Assembly (NCBI GenBank): GCA_963778115.1
Contig: CAVZSV010000005.1
Location: 448,001-512,000, forward strand
Origin: an uncultured delta proteobacterium
GTDB taxonomy: Bacteria; Bdellovibrionota; FAC87; UBA2466
Reading direction: 5' to 3'
Length of the DNA: 64,000 bases
The translations under genes and the position numbers were made by a program. Below are positions 17,042 through 26,474 of the stretch, piece by piece (the first letter of the stretch is position 1; every line of letters begins with the position of its first letter). Below the pieces are notes generated by a model, which was not told the origin of the DNA, did not search any database, and saw only the letters and a list, made by a program, of their open reading frames with translations.

Positions 17042-18905
17042 CGGTACGAAAAAAAGCGGCCTCATCCGCTGGAAGGGCTTCTACGGTTTGGGAATCCTAT
17101 TGGGCATGGGCCTATTCTATTTCTGCTTTCTCTTCGATTACCATCTCAAATCTAAAATCGAAAATATTGGAAGCAGCCTTAACCAAGCCCAAGTAGAGAT
17201 TGGGTCGCTCAAATCCCGCTTTTTTCGGGGTGAGATGGAGCTGTCGGACTTTAGAGTCGCTAATCAACAAGATCCCTCCAGAGATCTCTTTAAGATCGAT
17301 CGGATTCGAATCAAGTTTCGGGTGGAACCCTTATTTCGCAAAAAGCTAATTATCGACGATATGGCGATAACTGGGGTTCATTATGACATAGAGAGAAATG
17401 TCTCGGGTAGCATTACGGAACAAGAACTAACGGGACGCCAAGGCCTTATTGAGCGTGTCGCTTCGGGATTTTATACCGAGCTTCGCAACGACATGGGGGA
17501 GAATCCGCTCAGAAATTTAGGACAGCTTCTGACTGGATTCGATATTTCAAGCCGAGTGGAAAACAGCCTTGCCCAGCTTGAGTCGCAGAAAAAAGTGCAC
17601 GAAATTAAACAGAATCTAGATCTCGTCGAGGCTTCATGGGAACAAGGGGTGCAAAAGCTACCGCCCCTTCCCCAAATTATCCAAGCGCACGACAAAATTG
17701 CGCTTCTCGCAGGGAGATCTCCCGCTGGCTCTGAAGGTTTGAGTGAGTTGATACAAATTAAGACTTCTCTTGAAGGGCAAAAGATCTCGGCCACTCAAGC
17801 TTGGGGCCATATGAACGAGCAAGCGAAGAGTGTCGAAGCCGATTTCGGCGCGATCAATCCTCTCATCGACAAAGACGTCGCGACGCTAGAGAAACGTTTG
17901 AAACTTCCCAGACTCGATTTCGCGGATTTAACCCCAATGCTACTAGGATCGACACTCTTGACCTATCTGGAGAGGCTTACCTATTGGGTCGACCTCTCTC
18001 GCCGCAGGATGCCCAAGGGTTCCCGAGACAACTCGCTAGTGTTACAAGAACGCGCCCGAGGGGTTACCGTGCACTTTGGAAAGATGGCTGCTTACCCGGC
18101 CTTTTTGCTTTACCACGCTTCCGTGAAATCAGAGATACAGAGCCAAGATCCCAGCCAGGGAAAAGTAGAGGGGTTGATTGAAGGGCTCACCTCAGATCCC
18201 CCCATTTACGGGGCTCCCACCAAGTTTCAAATAGCAGCGGAATTTCCCGATCGTGGCATCGAAGGGGTTAAAGTGAGTGGAGAAATCGATCACACGGGAA
18301 GTGTCTCTAAAGAGGAGCTCTTAGTCAGTGCCGACACCTTCCCGTTCGTAAATTATCCCATCAACGACGGAGGAGATGTCTCTCTTCATCTTGCGAAAGC
18401 TAAGGGGCGTATCAGCGCCAAAGTTAATTTCGAAGACAATTCGCTTGTCGCCAATTTAGGAATTCATTTTTCTGAAGCTTCCTATACCACGGTTTCTCGC
18501 TTTAAGCGGATTGAAGAGGTCATAGACAGCAGTGTCTCTGGCCTCGATACGTGGGATTTGCGCAGTTCCGCTTCTGGGCCTTTCGATCATTTGAAATTCC
18601 TAGCCGCCAGTGACTTGGGTGAACACATCGCTTCGTCGCTACACTCGGAATTCCACCATCAGATTGGCGCTATAGAAGATGATCTAAAAAAGAATATTTT
18701 AGACGAGATCTACCCCCAAAAAGAGGCGCTCCTCAGCACATTTGACGGATTGAGGTCAAAGTACCTTGACGCGGCGCACGATCGACTCACCGCCATTCAA
18801 GATCTCATCAGCCTTTCCGATCAGTCTATCGTGCATGGCTCTACCGGCAGAAGTGTTGCCGGAAGGGTTAGGCATCCCGCTTCAAGCGGTTCTACTCATA
18901 ATTAA
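17019..18905 (+). CDS. TIGR03545-family protein (AsmA-like N-terminus)
   Basis: GLIRWKG plus a TM helix; RARGVTVHF and LTSDPPIYGAPT motifs; downstream of the TIGR03546 gene. Confidence 0.8.
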   Translation: MRQKNPNNGTKKSGLIRWKGFYGLGILLGMGLFYFCFLFDYHLKSKIENIGSSLNQAQVEIGSLKSRFFRGEMELSDFRVANQQDPSRDLFKIDRIRIKFRVEPLFRKKLIIDDMAITGVHYDIERNVSGSITEQELTGRQGLIERVASGFYTELRNDMGENPLRNLGQLLTGFDISSRVENSLAQLESQKKVHEIKQNLDLVEASWEQGVQKLPPLPQIIQAHDKIALLAGRSPAGSEGLSELIQIKTSLEGQKISATQAWGHMNEQAKSVEADFGAINPLIDKDVATLEKRLKLPRLDFADLTPMLLGSTLLTYLERLTYWVDLSRRRMPKGSRDNSLVLQERARGVTVHFGKMAAYPAFLLYHASVKSEIQSQDPSQGKVEGLIEGLTSDPPIYGAPTKFQIAAEFPDRGIEGVKVSGEIDHTGSVSKEELLVSADTFPFVNYPINDGGDVSLHLAKAKGRISAKVNFEDNSLVANLGIHFSEASYTTVSRFKRIEEVIDSSVSGLDTWDLRSSASGPFDHLKFLAASDLGEHIASSLHSEFHHQIGAIEDDLKKNILDEIYPQKEALLSTFDGLRSKYLDAAHDRLTAIQDLISLSDQSIVHGSTGRSVAGRVRHPASSGSTHN

Positions 18906-18927
18906 CTTTGGTTTTGAGACCTTTTTT

Positions 18928-19590
18928 ATGCCAAGCCCTTTTGTTCATTCTGTGCTGCCCTCGTCGTGCCTTGCCATAGCCAAGAAATCCCTGGGAGATA
19001 TCGGAAAGAAAGAATGGCACCGCCTGCTTGCGGCCTCAGTGGTACTGGCGAACTTCCCTGATTTGGATATTTTTGTTTCTTTGGCAATCCCTCCTCATAA
19101 CATGAGGCTTTTGCATCGAAGTTTGGGACACAACCTTTTCGCCGCTATAGGATTCACGCTAGTTGGCGGGCTCATCATTCGCAAATGGGCTGCCCCCTCT
19201 GTGGCAAAGAAAAAAGCGTGGTTAATAGCGACCGCTCTGGTCTTTAGCCATCTTTTTCTCGATAGTCTGGGAGATAGAGATCCAATGACCCATTTGCGTG
19301 CGGGAATTCCTCTTTTTTGGCCGTTCTCCTCAAGATCTTACCATCTCCCTTTTTCCATGTTCGGAACTTACGAGCTGGATTCCTCCAGCAATCAGGTCAT
19401 GGCACTGTTGCGATCCACCAGCTTTTGGAAAAATATGTTCACCCGGGAATTGGCAGGCACTGTGATTTTTCTGGTCCTTTGGGCCATTATTTTTAATTTT
19501 CCGAACTTATCTCAGTGGAAAAAGAAAGGGACGGTGGAAGTCCCGTCCCCTCAAACTGACCCTACTCCCGACGAAGCGGAAGTCGCCTAA
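18928..19590 (+). CDS. Membrane-bound metal-dependent hydrolase (YdjM family)
   Basis: MPSPFVH, PDLD, HRSLGH, SHLFLD and PLFWPFS motifs. Confidence 0.88.
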   Translation: MPSPFVHSVLPSSCLAIAKKSLGDIGKKEWHRLLAASVVLANFPDLDIFVSLAIPPHNMRLLHRSLGHNLFAAIGFTLVGGLIIRKWAAPSVAKKKAWLIATALVFSHLFLDSLGDRDPMTHLRAGIPLFWPFSSRSYHLPFSMFGTYELDSSSNQVMALLRSTSFWKNMFTRELAGTVIFLVLWAIIFNFPNLSQWKKKGTVEVPSPQTDPTPDEAEVA

Positions 19591-19593
19591 TCG

Positions 19594-21252
19594 CTACTGA
19601 AACATTCTGGGAAACTTCATTCCCTGCAATACTATCTTCGCCGAAATATATCCAGGAGCTCCCATAACTCCGCCGCCCGGGTGGCAACCCGAGCCGCACA
19701 TGTAGAAATTATTGATGGGAGTGCGGAAGTTAGCGTACTTCGGCATCGGACGCATAAAGAACATCTGATCCAGAGTCATTTCACCGTGGAAGATGTTTCC
19801 GCCGGTCAGCCCAAATTCGCGTTCTAGATCCACGGGGCTTAACACCTGAAAATCGTCCACCAAGGATTCGAAGTTCGGCGCATATTCGCCTACGATTGAA
19901 AACACTCGTTTTGCGAATTCTCGATTGGATTCGTCATTCCACTGTTTGCCGTCCTTACGATCGTAAGGCGCATACTGAATGAACATGGACATCAGATGTT
20001 TTCCGGGAGGCGCCACACTGGGATCGCACACACTGGGAATAGTCATCTCGATAACCGGATTGTGGGAAGGCTTTCCGTGTTTAGCATCTTCGAAGGCATC
20101 TTCCATGTAGGCCATCGTGGGAGCGATATGAATGGTGCCTCGATGCTGCGGACCCGCTTCGGTCCCCGGAAGTGCCGTAAAGCTGGGAAGCCCGTTAAGA
20201 GCGACGTTGATCTTAATGACCCCGCTTCGCATCCGAATGCCTTTGATCCCATCGACAAAATCCGATTCCAGATTCTTCTCTCCGACCATTCCTAAAAAGG
20301 TGCGGTGCGGATCTAAGTTGGAAATGACCCGCTTGGCATAAAATTCACGACCATCTTTGAGAGCAACACCCGTAGCGGTTCCCTCTTTTAGGATAATCTT
20401 ATCCACTTCGGCATTGGTCAGAATATGACCGCCGTGTCCTTGCAACGACTTGGCAATCGCCTGCGTGACGGTCCCCATGCCTCCTTTGACATAGCCCCAC
20501 ACGCCGGGTTTGCCTTCAGTCTCCCCCATCACATGGTGGAAAAGAACATAAGCCGTGCCTGGGCTATAAGGTCCCGCCCAAGCGCCAATCACTCCGTCGG
20601 TGGCCATACGAACTTTCAGCTCTTCGGATTCAAACCACAAATCCAAGTAGTCGGCGACACTCATGGAAAAGACCCGAAGCTGCTCGTACATGTCGCTTCC
20701 GATCCCTTTAAGCCTCATCAGAAGCTTAAGTGAGCCCAAAATATTTCGGGGACTCATGCTAGTGGGGTCTGGAGGAACGCTCATGAGCAGAGGCTGAACA
20801 AATTGCGACAGCTCTTCTAACTTACGCTCAAAGAGAGGATAGCGCTCGGCATCTTTCTTGGAGAACTTGGCGATCTCTTCACAAGTCTTTTTCTGATCTC
20901 GCCAGAACATTAAATATTTATTTCCAGGATAGGGCGAAAACGAAGACGGGTTTCGCTCTATGATCTCGTAACCAAACTTCTTAAGCTCAAGGTCTTTAAT
21001 AATTTCGGGTCTAAGCAAGCTACAAACGTAACTTGTGGTGGAGACCCGATATCCCGGGAAGGCCTCTTCCGTAACGCATGCTCCTCCCACAATATGCCGG
21101 CGTTCCAGCACAAGGGTCGAAAGGCCCGCCTTCTGCAGATACGCTGCTGTGACGAGGCCATTATGGCCGCCGCCTACGATGATCGCATCATACTTAGTTT
21201 TGGTACTGCCGCTGGAGCCATTCTTGGCGCCTTGATAGGTTGCAGAGCCCAT
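19594..21252 (-). CDS. FAD-dependent oxidoreductase, phytoene dehydrogenase-like (PYROXD2-like)
   Basis: GGGHNGL FAD motif, GGACVTEE, GGNIFHG, HPGGGVMGAPG. Confidence 0.9.
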   Translation of the reverse strand: MGSATYQGAKNGSSGSTKTKYDAIIVGGGHNGLVTAAYLQKAGLSTLVLERRHIVGGACVTEEAFPGYRVSTTSYVCSLLRPEIIKDLELKKFGYEIIERNPSSFSPYPGNKYLMFWRDQKKTCEEIAKFSKKDAERYPLFERKLEELSQFVQPLLMSVPPDPTSMSPRNILGSLKLLMRLKGIGSDMYEQLRVFSMSVADYLDLWFESEELKVRMATDGVIGAWAGPYSPGTAYVLFHHVMGETEGKPGVWGYVKGGMGTVTQAIAKSLQGHGGHILTNAEVDKIILKEGTATGVALKDGREFYAKRVISNLDPHRTFLGMVGEKNLESDFVDGIKGIRMRSGVIKINVALNGLPSFTALPGTEAGPQHRGTIHIAPTMAYMEDAFEDAKHGKPSHNPVIEMTIPSVCDPSVAPPGKHLMSMFIQYAPYDRKDGKQWNDESNREFAKRVFSIVGEYAPNFESLVDDFQVLSPVDLEREFGLTGGNIFHGEMTLDQMFFMRPMPKYANFRTPINNFYMCGSGCHPGGGVMGAPGYISAKIVLQGMKFPRMFQ

Positions 21253-21336
21253 TTAAAAACCCCCTGAAAAGTAGGACAAGATACTTTTCTTATCTTGAAA
21301 TCAGGGGCTCTGCAAGTTCTGCTTGCGTAGTTGTGA

Positions 21337-23163
21337 TTAAGCCTTGCGCCGTAGGTGGCGAAGCAAGACCAGGTCTTTGCGGTGTTTGGCAAAATCCAAG
21401 GCCGCTTCTAATTCTTCTGGATCTTGAAAGTAGTCCTGCGGAATCTGAAGCAAAGTCTCCGAAGCCTCTATATGTCGACCGGAATCACGTTCGAGCGTGA
21501 AACGGTAGTAATTGAGCCATTGAGGTTGCGGAGCCGCATCAATGCCTTTCACCAAAGCCAGGGCCCGATCTTTTTCACCCACCGCGTTGAAGCAAAGACT
21601 TAAGTGGTAGCTAATGGCACTATCGTGACGATTAAGTTCATGCGCCCGTTCCGCGTGCTTAAGCGCCAAGGAGAATAGGGAGTTCTCAAAGCAGAACATA
21701 CTGATGTAATAATCTACTTTCAGCGCCCACCCCTGCTGCTTGCGCAGAATGTTGTAATAGAGATCGGCCTTGCGCGTATCCCCTCGCAGCAGATAGGAAT
21801 CACCCGCCACATAAAGACTTGCCGGCAAAAGTTCGGTGCGTTGGAGTAATCGTTCCACGACGTGGTCGTGGCTCTGGGGAGTACCGGCCTTGGCATGACA
21901 GAAGACTAGATTTAATGCCGCCGAGCGCAGTTTAGGATTAATCTTAATGGCTTTTTCGTAACACGCTTTGGCCTCATTGATATGCCCTTGGGCGTAGGAA
22001 AGATTCCCTTCGATGACGTAGAGATAATCTCGGGAAAACCCCTCGCTCTCTCGCTTCCAGTAAAGCTCCCAGGCATCTCTCTCATCGTAAATTTTACTCT
22101 TCACCCGAGTTAGCGTCTCCATCACCCCTTGAAAAACCGAATCGTAATAGCCTTCTTGATCTTTCCATAGAGCCAGGACCTTTTCAACGAGAAGTTCCTT
22201 AAAAAGAAACCCCTCCTGAGCCAATTCGCTGACTACTTCAAATTGAGCAAAAAACTGGCTATCTACTTCCAGAAATCCCGCCCGTTCGGGATTAGAAAAA
22301 CAAAGATGGTACAGATAACGAATCGTAGATTCGAAATCGTTTAAGATCCCTTCATCCTGGCCCACGAACCATTTGACCTCGCTCATCCAATAAAGGGTAG
22401 AACAAAGCTCTTCGTCCAACTCCGTCTCTTCCGTTAATAAGCTTTGGGAGATTGTCCGGGCGGCATCCATATTTCCCGTATTAAGAAGATTCACGATCAG
22501 AAAAGGGACTCCAAAATCTCTTTGCATGGTGTCGGTGAGCCCTTCGAGGACTGCTCGGGCAGTCACCGTATCAAACTCTTTTCGAAAGATTCGCTCGAAG
22601 AGGTGCCGAGCCTGATCGCTTAGGTCGGGGTATTCACCCACGGCGACTTCATAGAGTTTCCAATAGAGGTCTCCCACAAAAAGAGAGGCTTCCGTGATAT
22701 CTGCGACTGAAACCTTACCTAAATCCACTTTCGCCGCCGGAGCTTCGGATTCTCGAAGAGCAAAAGCAAGCGCTCGCCTTAATGCTCTTTTTCCCGATAC
22801 GGGAGCACCATAGATGAGACTTCGAAGTACGATGAGATCTTTCAAACGCTCTAGCCATCTCAGTTCGAAACTCGTGAGCGTGTTCTCCCGGCGAAGTTCG
22901 GCAATTTGACTTTCTAAAGTATGTTCGGAGACGGTGTCGTACTTTCCGTACAGGTCTAAGATACCCGCCAACGAATGTACTCTGACTTGGCTGCGAGAAA
23001 ACCAGCTCCAGCTCAATCCTAACTTCACGGTTAGATATTCCAGGCATAGCCACGCCAGAAAGGCACTCACCACAAAGTAGTGTTTAAAATAAAGTCCAAA
23101 GCCTACCGTCCCCACGACCAGGGAAAGAAGAAACAAATTAACAAAAACTTTTTTTCTCTCCAT
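21337..23163 (-). CDS. Membrane-anchored TPR-containing hypothetical protein
   Basis: Two N-terminal TM helices and C-terminal TPRs (EAKACYEKAIKINP). The start at ATG 23163 is supported by the sigma54 site just upstream. Confidence 0.75.
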   Translation of the reverse strand: MERKKVFVNLFLLSLVVGTVGFGLYFKHYFVVSAFLAWLCLEYLTVKLGLSWSWFSRSQVRVHSLAGILDLYGKYDTVSEHTLESQIAELRRENTLTSFELRWLERLKDLIVLRSLIYGAPVSGKRALRRALAFALRESEAPAAKVDLGKVSVADITEASLFVGDLYWKLYEVAVGEYPDLSDQARHLFERIFRKEFDTVTARAVLEGLTDTMQRDFGVPFLIVNLLNTGNMDAARTISQSLLTEETELDEELCSTLYWMSEVKWFVGQDEGILNDFESTIRYLYHLCFSNPERAGFLEVDSQFFAQFEVVSELAQEGFLFKELLVEKVLALWKDQEGYYDSVFQGVMETLTRVKSKIYDERDAWELYWKRESEGFSRDYLYVIEGNLSYAQGHINEAKACYEKAIKINPKLRSAALNLVFCHAKAGTPQSHDHVVERLLQRTELLPASLYVAGDSYLLRGDTRKADLYYNILRKQQGWALKVDYYISMFCFENSLFSLALKHAERAHELNRHDSAISYHLSLCFNAVGEKDRALALVKGIDAAPQPQWLNYYRFTLERDSGRHIEASETLLQIPQDYFQDPEELEAALDFAKHRKDLVLLRHLRRKA

Positions 23164-23231
23164 CACACGCACCACTCGAACGAAACCACATCCCAAGCCT
23201 CGCTGCACAAAGCTCCCCAAGACAGCCAAGG

Positions 23232-23247
23232 AGCAACGGGGATGCCA
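23232..23247 (-). promoter_or_regulatory. Sigma54 -24/-12 promoter
   Basis: Minus strand TGGCAT-CCCCG-TTGCT, GG-N10-GC. Confidence 0.75.
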
Positions 23248-23495
23248 TTTCGAGGGTAAATGCGCTCCAACTCGCGCCCAGGAAGGGCACTTAGCGAAAC
23301 CCTATTTATCTTGGCATTTCAAGTTACTTACTAGCGATCCCTGAACACGCCTCGTATCCGACCAGAATTCAGTCAGATATTACGCCAATGCGGTGACAAA
23401 ATTAGTAGGCTAGCGGCTATCAGTTGTAGAAGGGGTAGGCATCAGGGACTAAAGGTATCCGTTACATCGAGTCCACCGTGCCCAAACGAAACCCT

Positions 23496-23783
23496 CTATT
23501 TGTGCTTAGAACTTTTCTTTGGTGGCACAGCCCAGGTTTGGACATTGCTGTGAATATCCACGAGTGCTGTCACGGTTTGGCCGGGGCGTAAGTTTTTGGA
23601 CTCGATCGAACTTCGAGGAACTTTCATCATCGTGACCTTATTTTGCAAGGTAACGGAATTCTCGTCGAGAGCAACAATGGTTCCTTCAAGATTAAGAACC
23701 ACACTCCCAGAAGCTACCAGACTAAAGACCACGACCATCAAACATAAAATTCGTACCGCGCGCTTCATCACTGTCTCCCTCAC
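23496..23783 (-). CDS. Small exported beta-rich (OB-fold-like) hypothetical protein
   Basis: Signal peptide; LEGTIVALDENSVTL...VPRS...LRPGQTV pattern; 4-nt overlap with the upstream gene. Confidence 0.7.
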   Translation of the reverse strand: MRETVMKRAVRILCLMVVVFSLVASGSVVLNLEGTIVALDENSVTLQNKVTMMKVPRSSIESKNLRPGQTVTALVDIHSNVQTWAVPPKKSSKHK

Positions 23784-24286
23784 GAAGGACCATGCGAATT
23801 AAGAATGACGTTAACACCTTCGGGAACGCATTCGGGTCCATGAAGTCTCGAAGCACAGTTGGTGTCGCAGACTAGGTCGTAACCCGTGGGGCAGCTTCCG
23901 TTGGAGGGAGATTGAAAATTCTCCCTGACTACCGGCGTTGGTGTTGACGGTGGAGACTGGGAATCTCGCCATTTATAAGCTTCGTTATCGCTCAAAAATT
24001 CCTGTCTATCGTCATCAACACAAGCTTGCATGTCGGGTTTCATGAGCGAAGGCCCTTCAGCACGGCAGGTGACGACACTTCCGCCCAAGTACTGGCCAGT
24101 CGCTGACGAATAGCAACTTAAAGGAGCTGTCCAAAACATGGTATTGCCACAACCCTGGGGGGCTCTGTCTCGCATCAGAAACAAAGGGGCTATATTATCG
24201 CAGACGACTCCGGGGCTAATGGTCACTTGATCCGCACAAATGGGAGTGGAAAAAAAGAGAAGAAAGACAGGTATCAACTTCCGCAT
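23780..24286 (-). CDS. Secreted Cys-rich hypothetical protein
   Basis: GGAGG RBS, signal peptide, 10 Cys in 168 aa. Confidence 0.72.
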   Translation of the reverse strand: MRKLIPVFLLFFSTPICADQVTISPGVVCDNIAPLFLMRDRAPQGCGNTMFWTAPLSCYSSATGQYLGGSVVTCRAEGPSLMKPDMQACVDDDRQEFLSDNEAYKWRDSQSPPSTPTPVVRENFQSPSNGSCPTGYDLVCDTNCASRLHGPECVPEGVNVILNSHGPS

Positions 24287-24316
24287 ACATCCTCCGCAGC
24301 TATGTATGCTAGCAAG

Positions 24317-24332
24317 AGCAAATTTGGTGCCT
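24317..24332 (-). promoter_or_regulatory. Sigma54 -24/-12 promoter
   Basis: Minus strand AGGCAC-CAAAT-TTGCT, GG-N10-GC, ~30 nt upstream of the ATG at 24286. Confidence 0.7.
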
Positions 24333-24582
24333 TTAGCGTACAGGCTAAGGAAGGGGATTAGACTTGGGGAATGCGGCTAGTAGGATTGCGGGATGATCAG
24401 AAGTTTGCCGAAAATGCCCCTCTTTCTCTTAAAAGTTTGCGATTAAACAATACCGATAGTTTAGGTAGCCCACCTTTTGGAGAATTTTACGTTTGAAGTA
24501 CTCCATGTCTTTGTAGCCATAGGCCTGCCATTTAAGGCCCTTGATGGCGCGGTTAATACCCTCTGAAAGGCCTGTGGTGACA

Positions 24583-24603
24583 GGGAAGCGGAAGTCGCTT
24601 CCC
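24583..24603 (-). terminator. Hairpin downstream of the HNH gene
   Basis: GGGAAGCG-GAAGT-CGCTTCCC 8-bp stem, 17 nt after the stop; no clear U tract. Confidence 0.4.
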
Positions 24604-24619
24604 CTCGTAAAGTGGATGG

Positions 24620-25528
24620 TTAGTTAAGCAACTGACCTTGTTCCGGTCTGTTCTTCCCCCGGCATTGGTCCATCCAAGCTTTCCCAAAAAACTTATCCGC
24701 CTCCAGCTGATTATGCGTACTACACAGCCACCTCACATTCCTCGATTCATGTTTACCTCCCATAGCCCAGGGAATGATGTGGTCAGTCTCGGGAAAGCGT
24801 TTTTCCCCACACCAAACCCCTGAGGGCGACACGTAACAGCACCCCTCGTATTTTTCTTTGACCTCGTTTTTGATTGCCTGGGGAAGATGGCGGCTCTGTG
24901 GTGAAGAAGAGGTTTGCTTTGTGTGTCTAGCTTTTTTGGGAGCATGTTTTTGAAGAAGCGCATCCAGCGCGTCATTGAAGATGTCTTCTAGTCTGGCCTT
25001 GGGGTGCTTGTGAGAGAGGATAGCCTTAGCTTTTTCTACTTTCTCAGCAAAGGCTTTGGACGCACTAAACGTAATGTTCACCTGGTCGATATTGATAGGC
25101 GAGATACGGCTATGAACACTGTCTTCTACCGCAGCCTTGGGATAATACTTCACAATGATTTCTTTGATTTTACTGACCGACTTTCCCGAACACTCTTCTA
25201 AAAACCTCTGGTTATTACTTTGATTTAAATGCGGAGCTAGCACGGAGAGTGCGGTTATCGAAGTTTTGTTATTCTCAAGATACCAATAAATCCTAGGGTA
25301 CTTAATGGCACACCTTGCGACTTGAATGCGCTTCAGAGCGGTCGGCTCTGAATATCCCATCTCCTTCACTAAAAACCCACCCAAAGAAGAATACCCTTCT
25401 ACCGCAAAAATCTTTCGCTGCTCTATTACGGCTAGGTACGCTAATACCTGCGCTTGAATCTTTCTTTCGGCTTTTACTGACCTACGGAATCGGCTCACTA
25501 ATTCACTATTGTTTAAAGAAAGCGCTAT
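24620..25528 (-). CDS. HNH endonuclease with a long helical N-terminal region
   Basis: C-terminal CCY...WC...ETDHIIPWAMGG...NVRWLCSTHN; N-terminal GYSSL...MGYSE...RI. The frame stays open upstream of GTG 25498 to an ATA at 25528 that follows a GGAG RBS. Confidence 0.85.
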   Translation of the reverse strand: MALSLNNSELVSRFRRSVKAERKIQAQVLAYLAVIEQRKIFAVEGYSSLGGFLVKEMGYSEPTALKRIQVARCAIKYPRIYWYLENNKTSITALSVLAPHLNQSNNQRFLEECSGKSVSKIKEIIVKYYPKAAVEDSVHSRISPINIDQVNITFSASKAFAEKVEKAKAILSHKHPKARLEDIFNDALDALLQKHAPKKARHTKQTSSSPQSRHLPQAIKNEVKEKYEGCCYVSPSGVWCGEKRFPETDHIIPWAMGGKHESRNVRWLCSTHNQLEADKFFGKAWMDQCRGKNRPEQGQLLN

Positions 25529-25620
25529 GAAATCTTGTCTCCACCTACAAACCTCCGTGTTGTTCTATTTCTACCACGGGTTTTTGGAGTGACTTTTTTT
25601 GCGGTATTTACGTCACTGCA

Positions 25621-25638
25621 ACATGATTCGAATCATGT
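25621..25638. promoter_or_regulatory. Perfect 18-bp palindrome (operator-like)
   Basis: ACATGATTCGAATCATGT is its own reverse complement; ~90 nt upstream of the HNH gene. Confidence 0.55.
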
Positions 25639-25787
25639 GAGGAGCCCAGGTGATTACCCAAAAAACAATCTCGTAGCGTCGAAGGAAACGAAGAGGAGCG
25701 TGGTTTATTTACCAGCGGACAAGTCATGACTCCCATAACCCGATTCTTTGCTGAATCGTGTCAATCATAATTTATCCAACGCATCCT

Positions 25788-26193
25788 GTTTTTTTTCTCT
25801 TTCTTCTCGGATTTTTGGGTTTGGGGGCTTACGGTCCCTTTGGCGTTGGGGTGCGCAAGAGTTGTTTATTCAAGAACGTCTAACCTGTGCCGTCGCTCCG
25901 CTCAGGAAAAGTTTTACCTTCCGACGCTGGTGCTTGGGTGATGACTAGTGCATGGACCTCGTTCTGTAATTTGAGACGGGCCTTCCTAGGAGTCCCTGCT
26001 TTCTTTTGTGCGAGGCCGTTATGAAGACGGAGGAGTGAGAAGATTGTTCTGTCGCTGGCGCTTTCGTTTTTTTTCTCTTTATTTTCGGATCTCGGACCGG
26101 GATTATTTTTTTGCCGTCGCGCGGCGGATAAATTGGTTTTCTTTTTTTGGGTTTGGGGGTTTACGGCCCTTTGGCGTGGGGATGCGCAAGAGT
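25788..26193. repeat. Pair of ~50-75 bp imperfect direct repeats in a long intergenic region
   Basis: 25812-25862 TTTTTGGGTTTGGGGGCTTACGGTCCCTTTGGCGTTGGGGTGCGCAAGAGT versus 26144-26193 TTTTTGGGTTTGGGGGTTTACGGCCCTTTGGCGTGGGGATGCGCAAGAGT; both are preceded by a GTTTTTTTTCTCTTT...CGGAT block. Confidence 0.85.
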
Positions 26194-26474
26194 GGGTTAG
26201 CACCGTTCCATGCCGCCGCCGCACCCTACCTCTGGGTTTCCCTCAACGGTGTTCTCGACCGCAAACGTCATTCGGAAAGAACCCGAAAATGCCCCTGACG
26301 TCCAAGCTCACGCGAGAGCTCACATCCGTATTTGGCCTTACCGAATGCCCTGCATATCCTTGGGGTCCTGGACAAGCACGTCCTTCAGGCCCCGAGTCCG
26401 TCGACAAATCATAACTTTCAGCGAAAGCTTGACCGCTTAGAAAAACAAGAGCCTAGACTAAGGCTAAAAGACTT

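Noticed and set aside
19594..21252. Carotenoid pathway
   Set aside because: It is a lone PYROXD2-like oxidoreductase with no crtB/crtE neighbours.
24620..25528. HNH protein as IscB/Cas9-like
   Set aside because: No PLMP N-terminus or RuvC motifs; only a C-terminal HNH.
25788..26193. Direct repeats as a CRISPR array or IS ends
   Set aside because: There are only two copies, ~280 bp apart; no cas gene or transposase, and no terminal inverted repeats or target duplication that I could see.
25535..26440. Short ORFs in the long intergenic region
   Set aside because: They are mutually overlapping, low-complexity translations of T/G-rich repeats, with no RBS or motifs.
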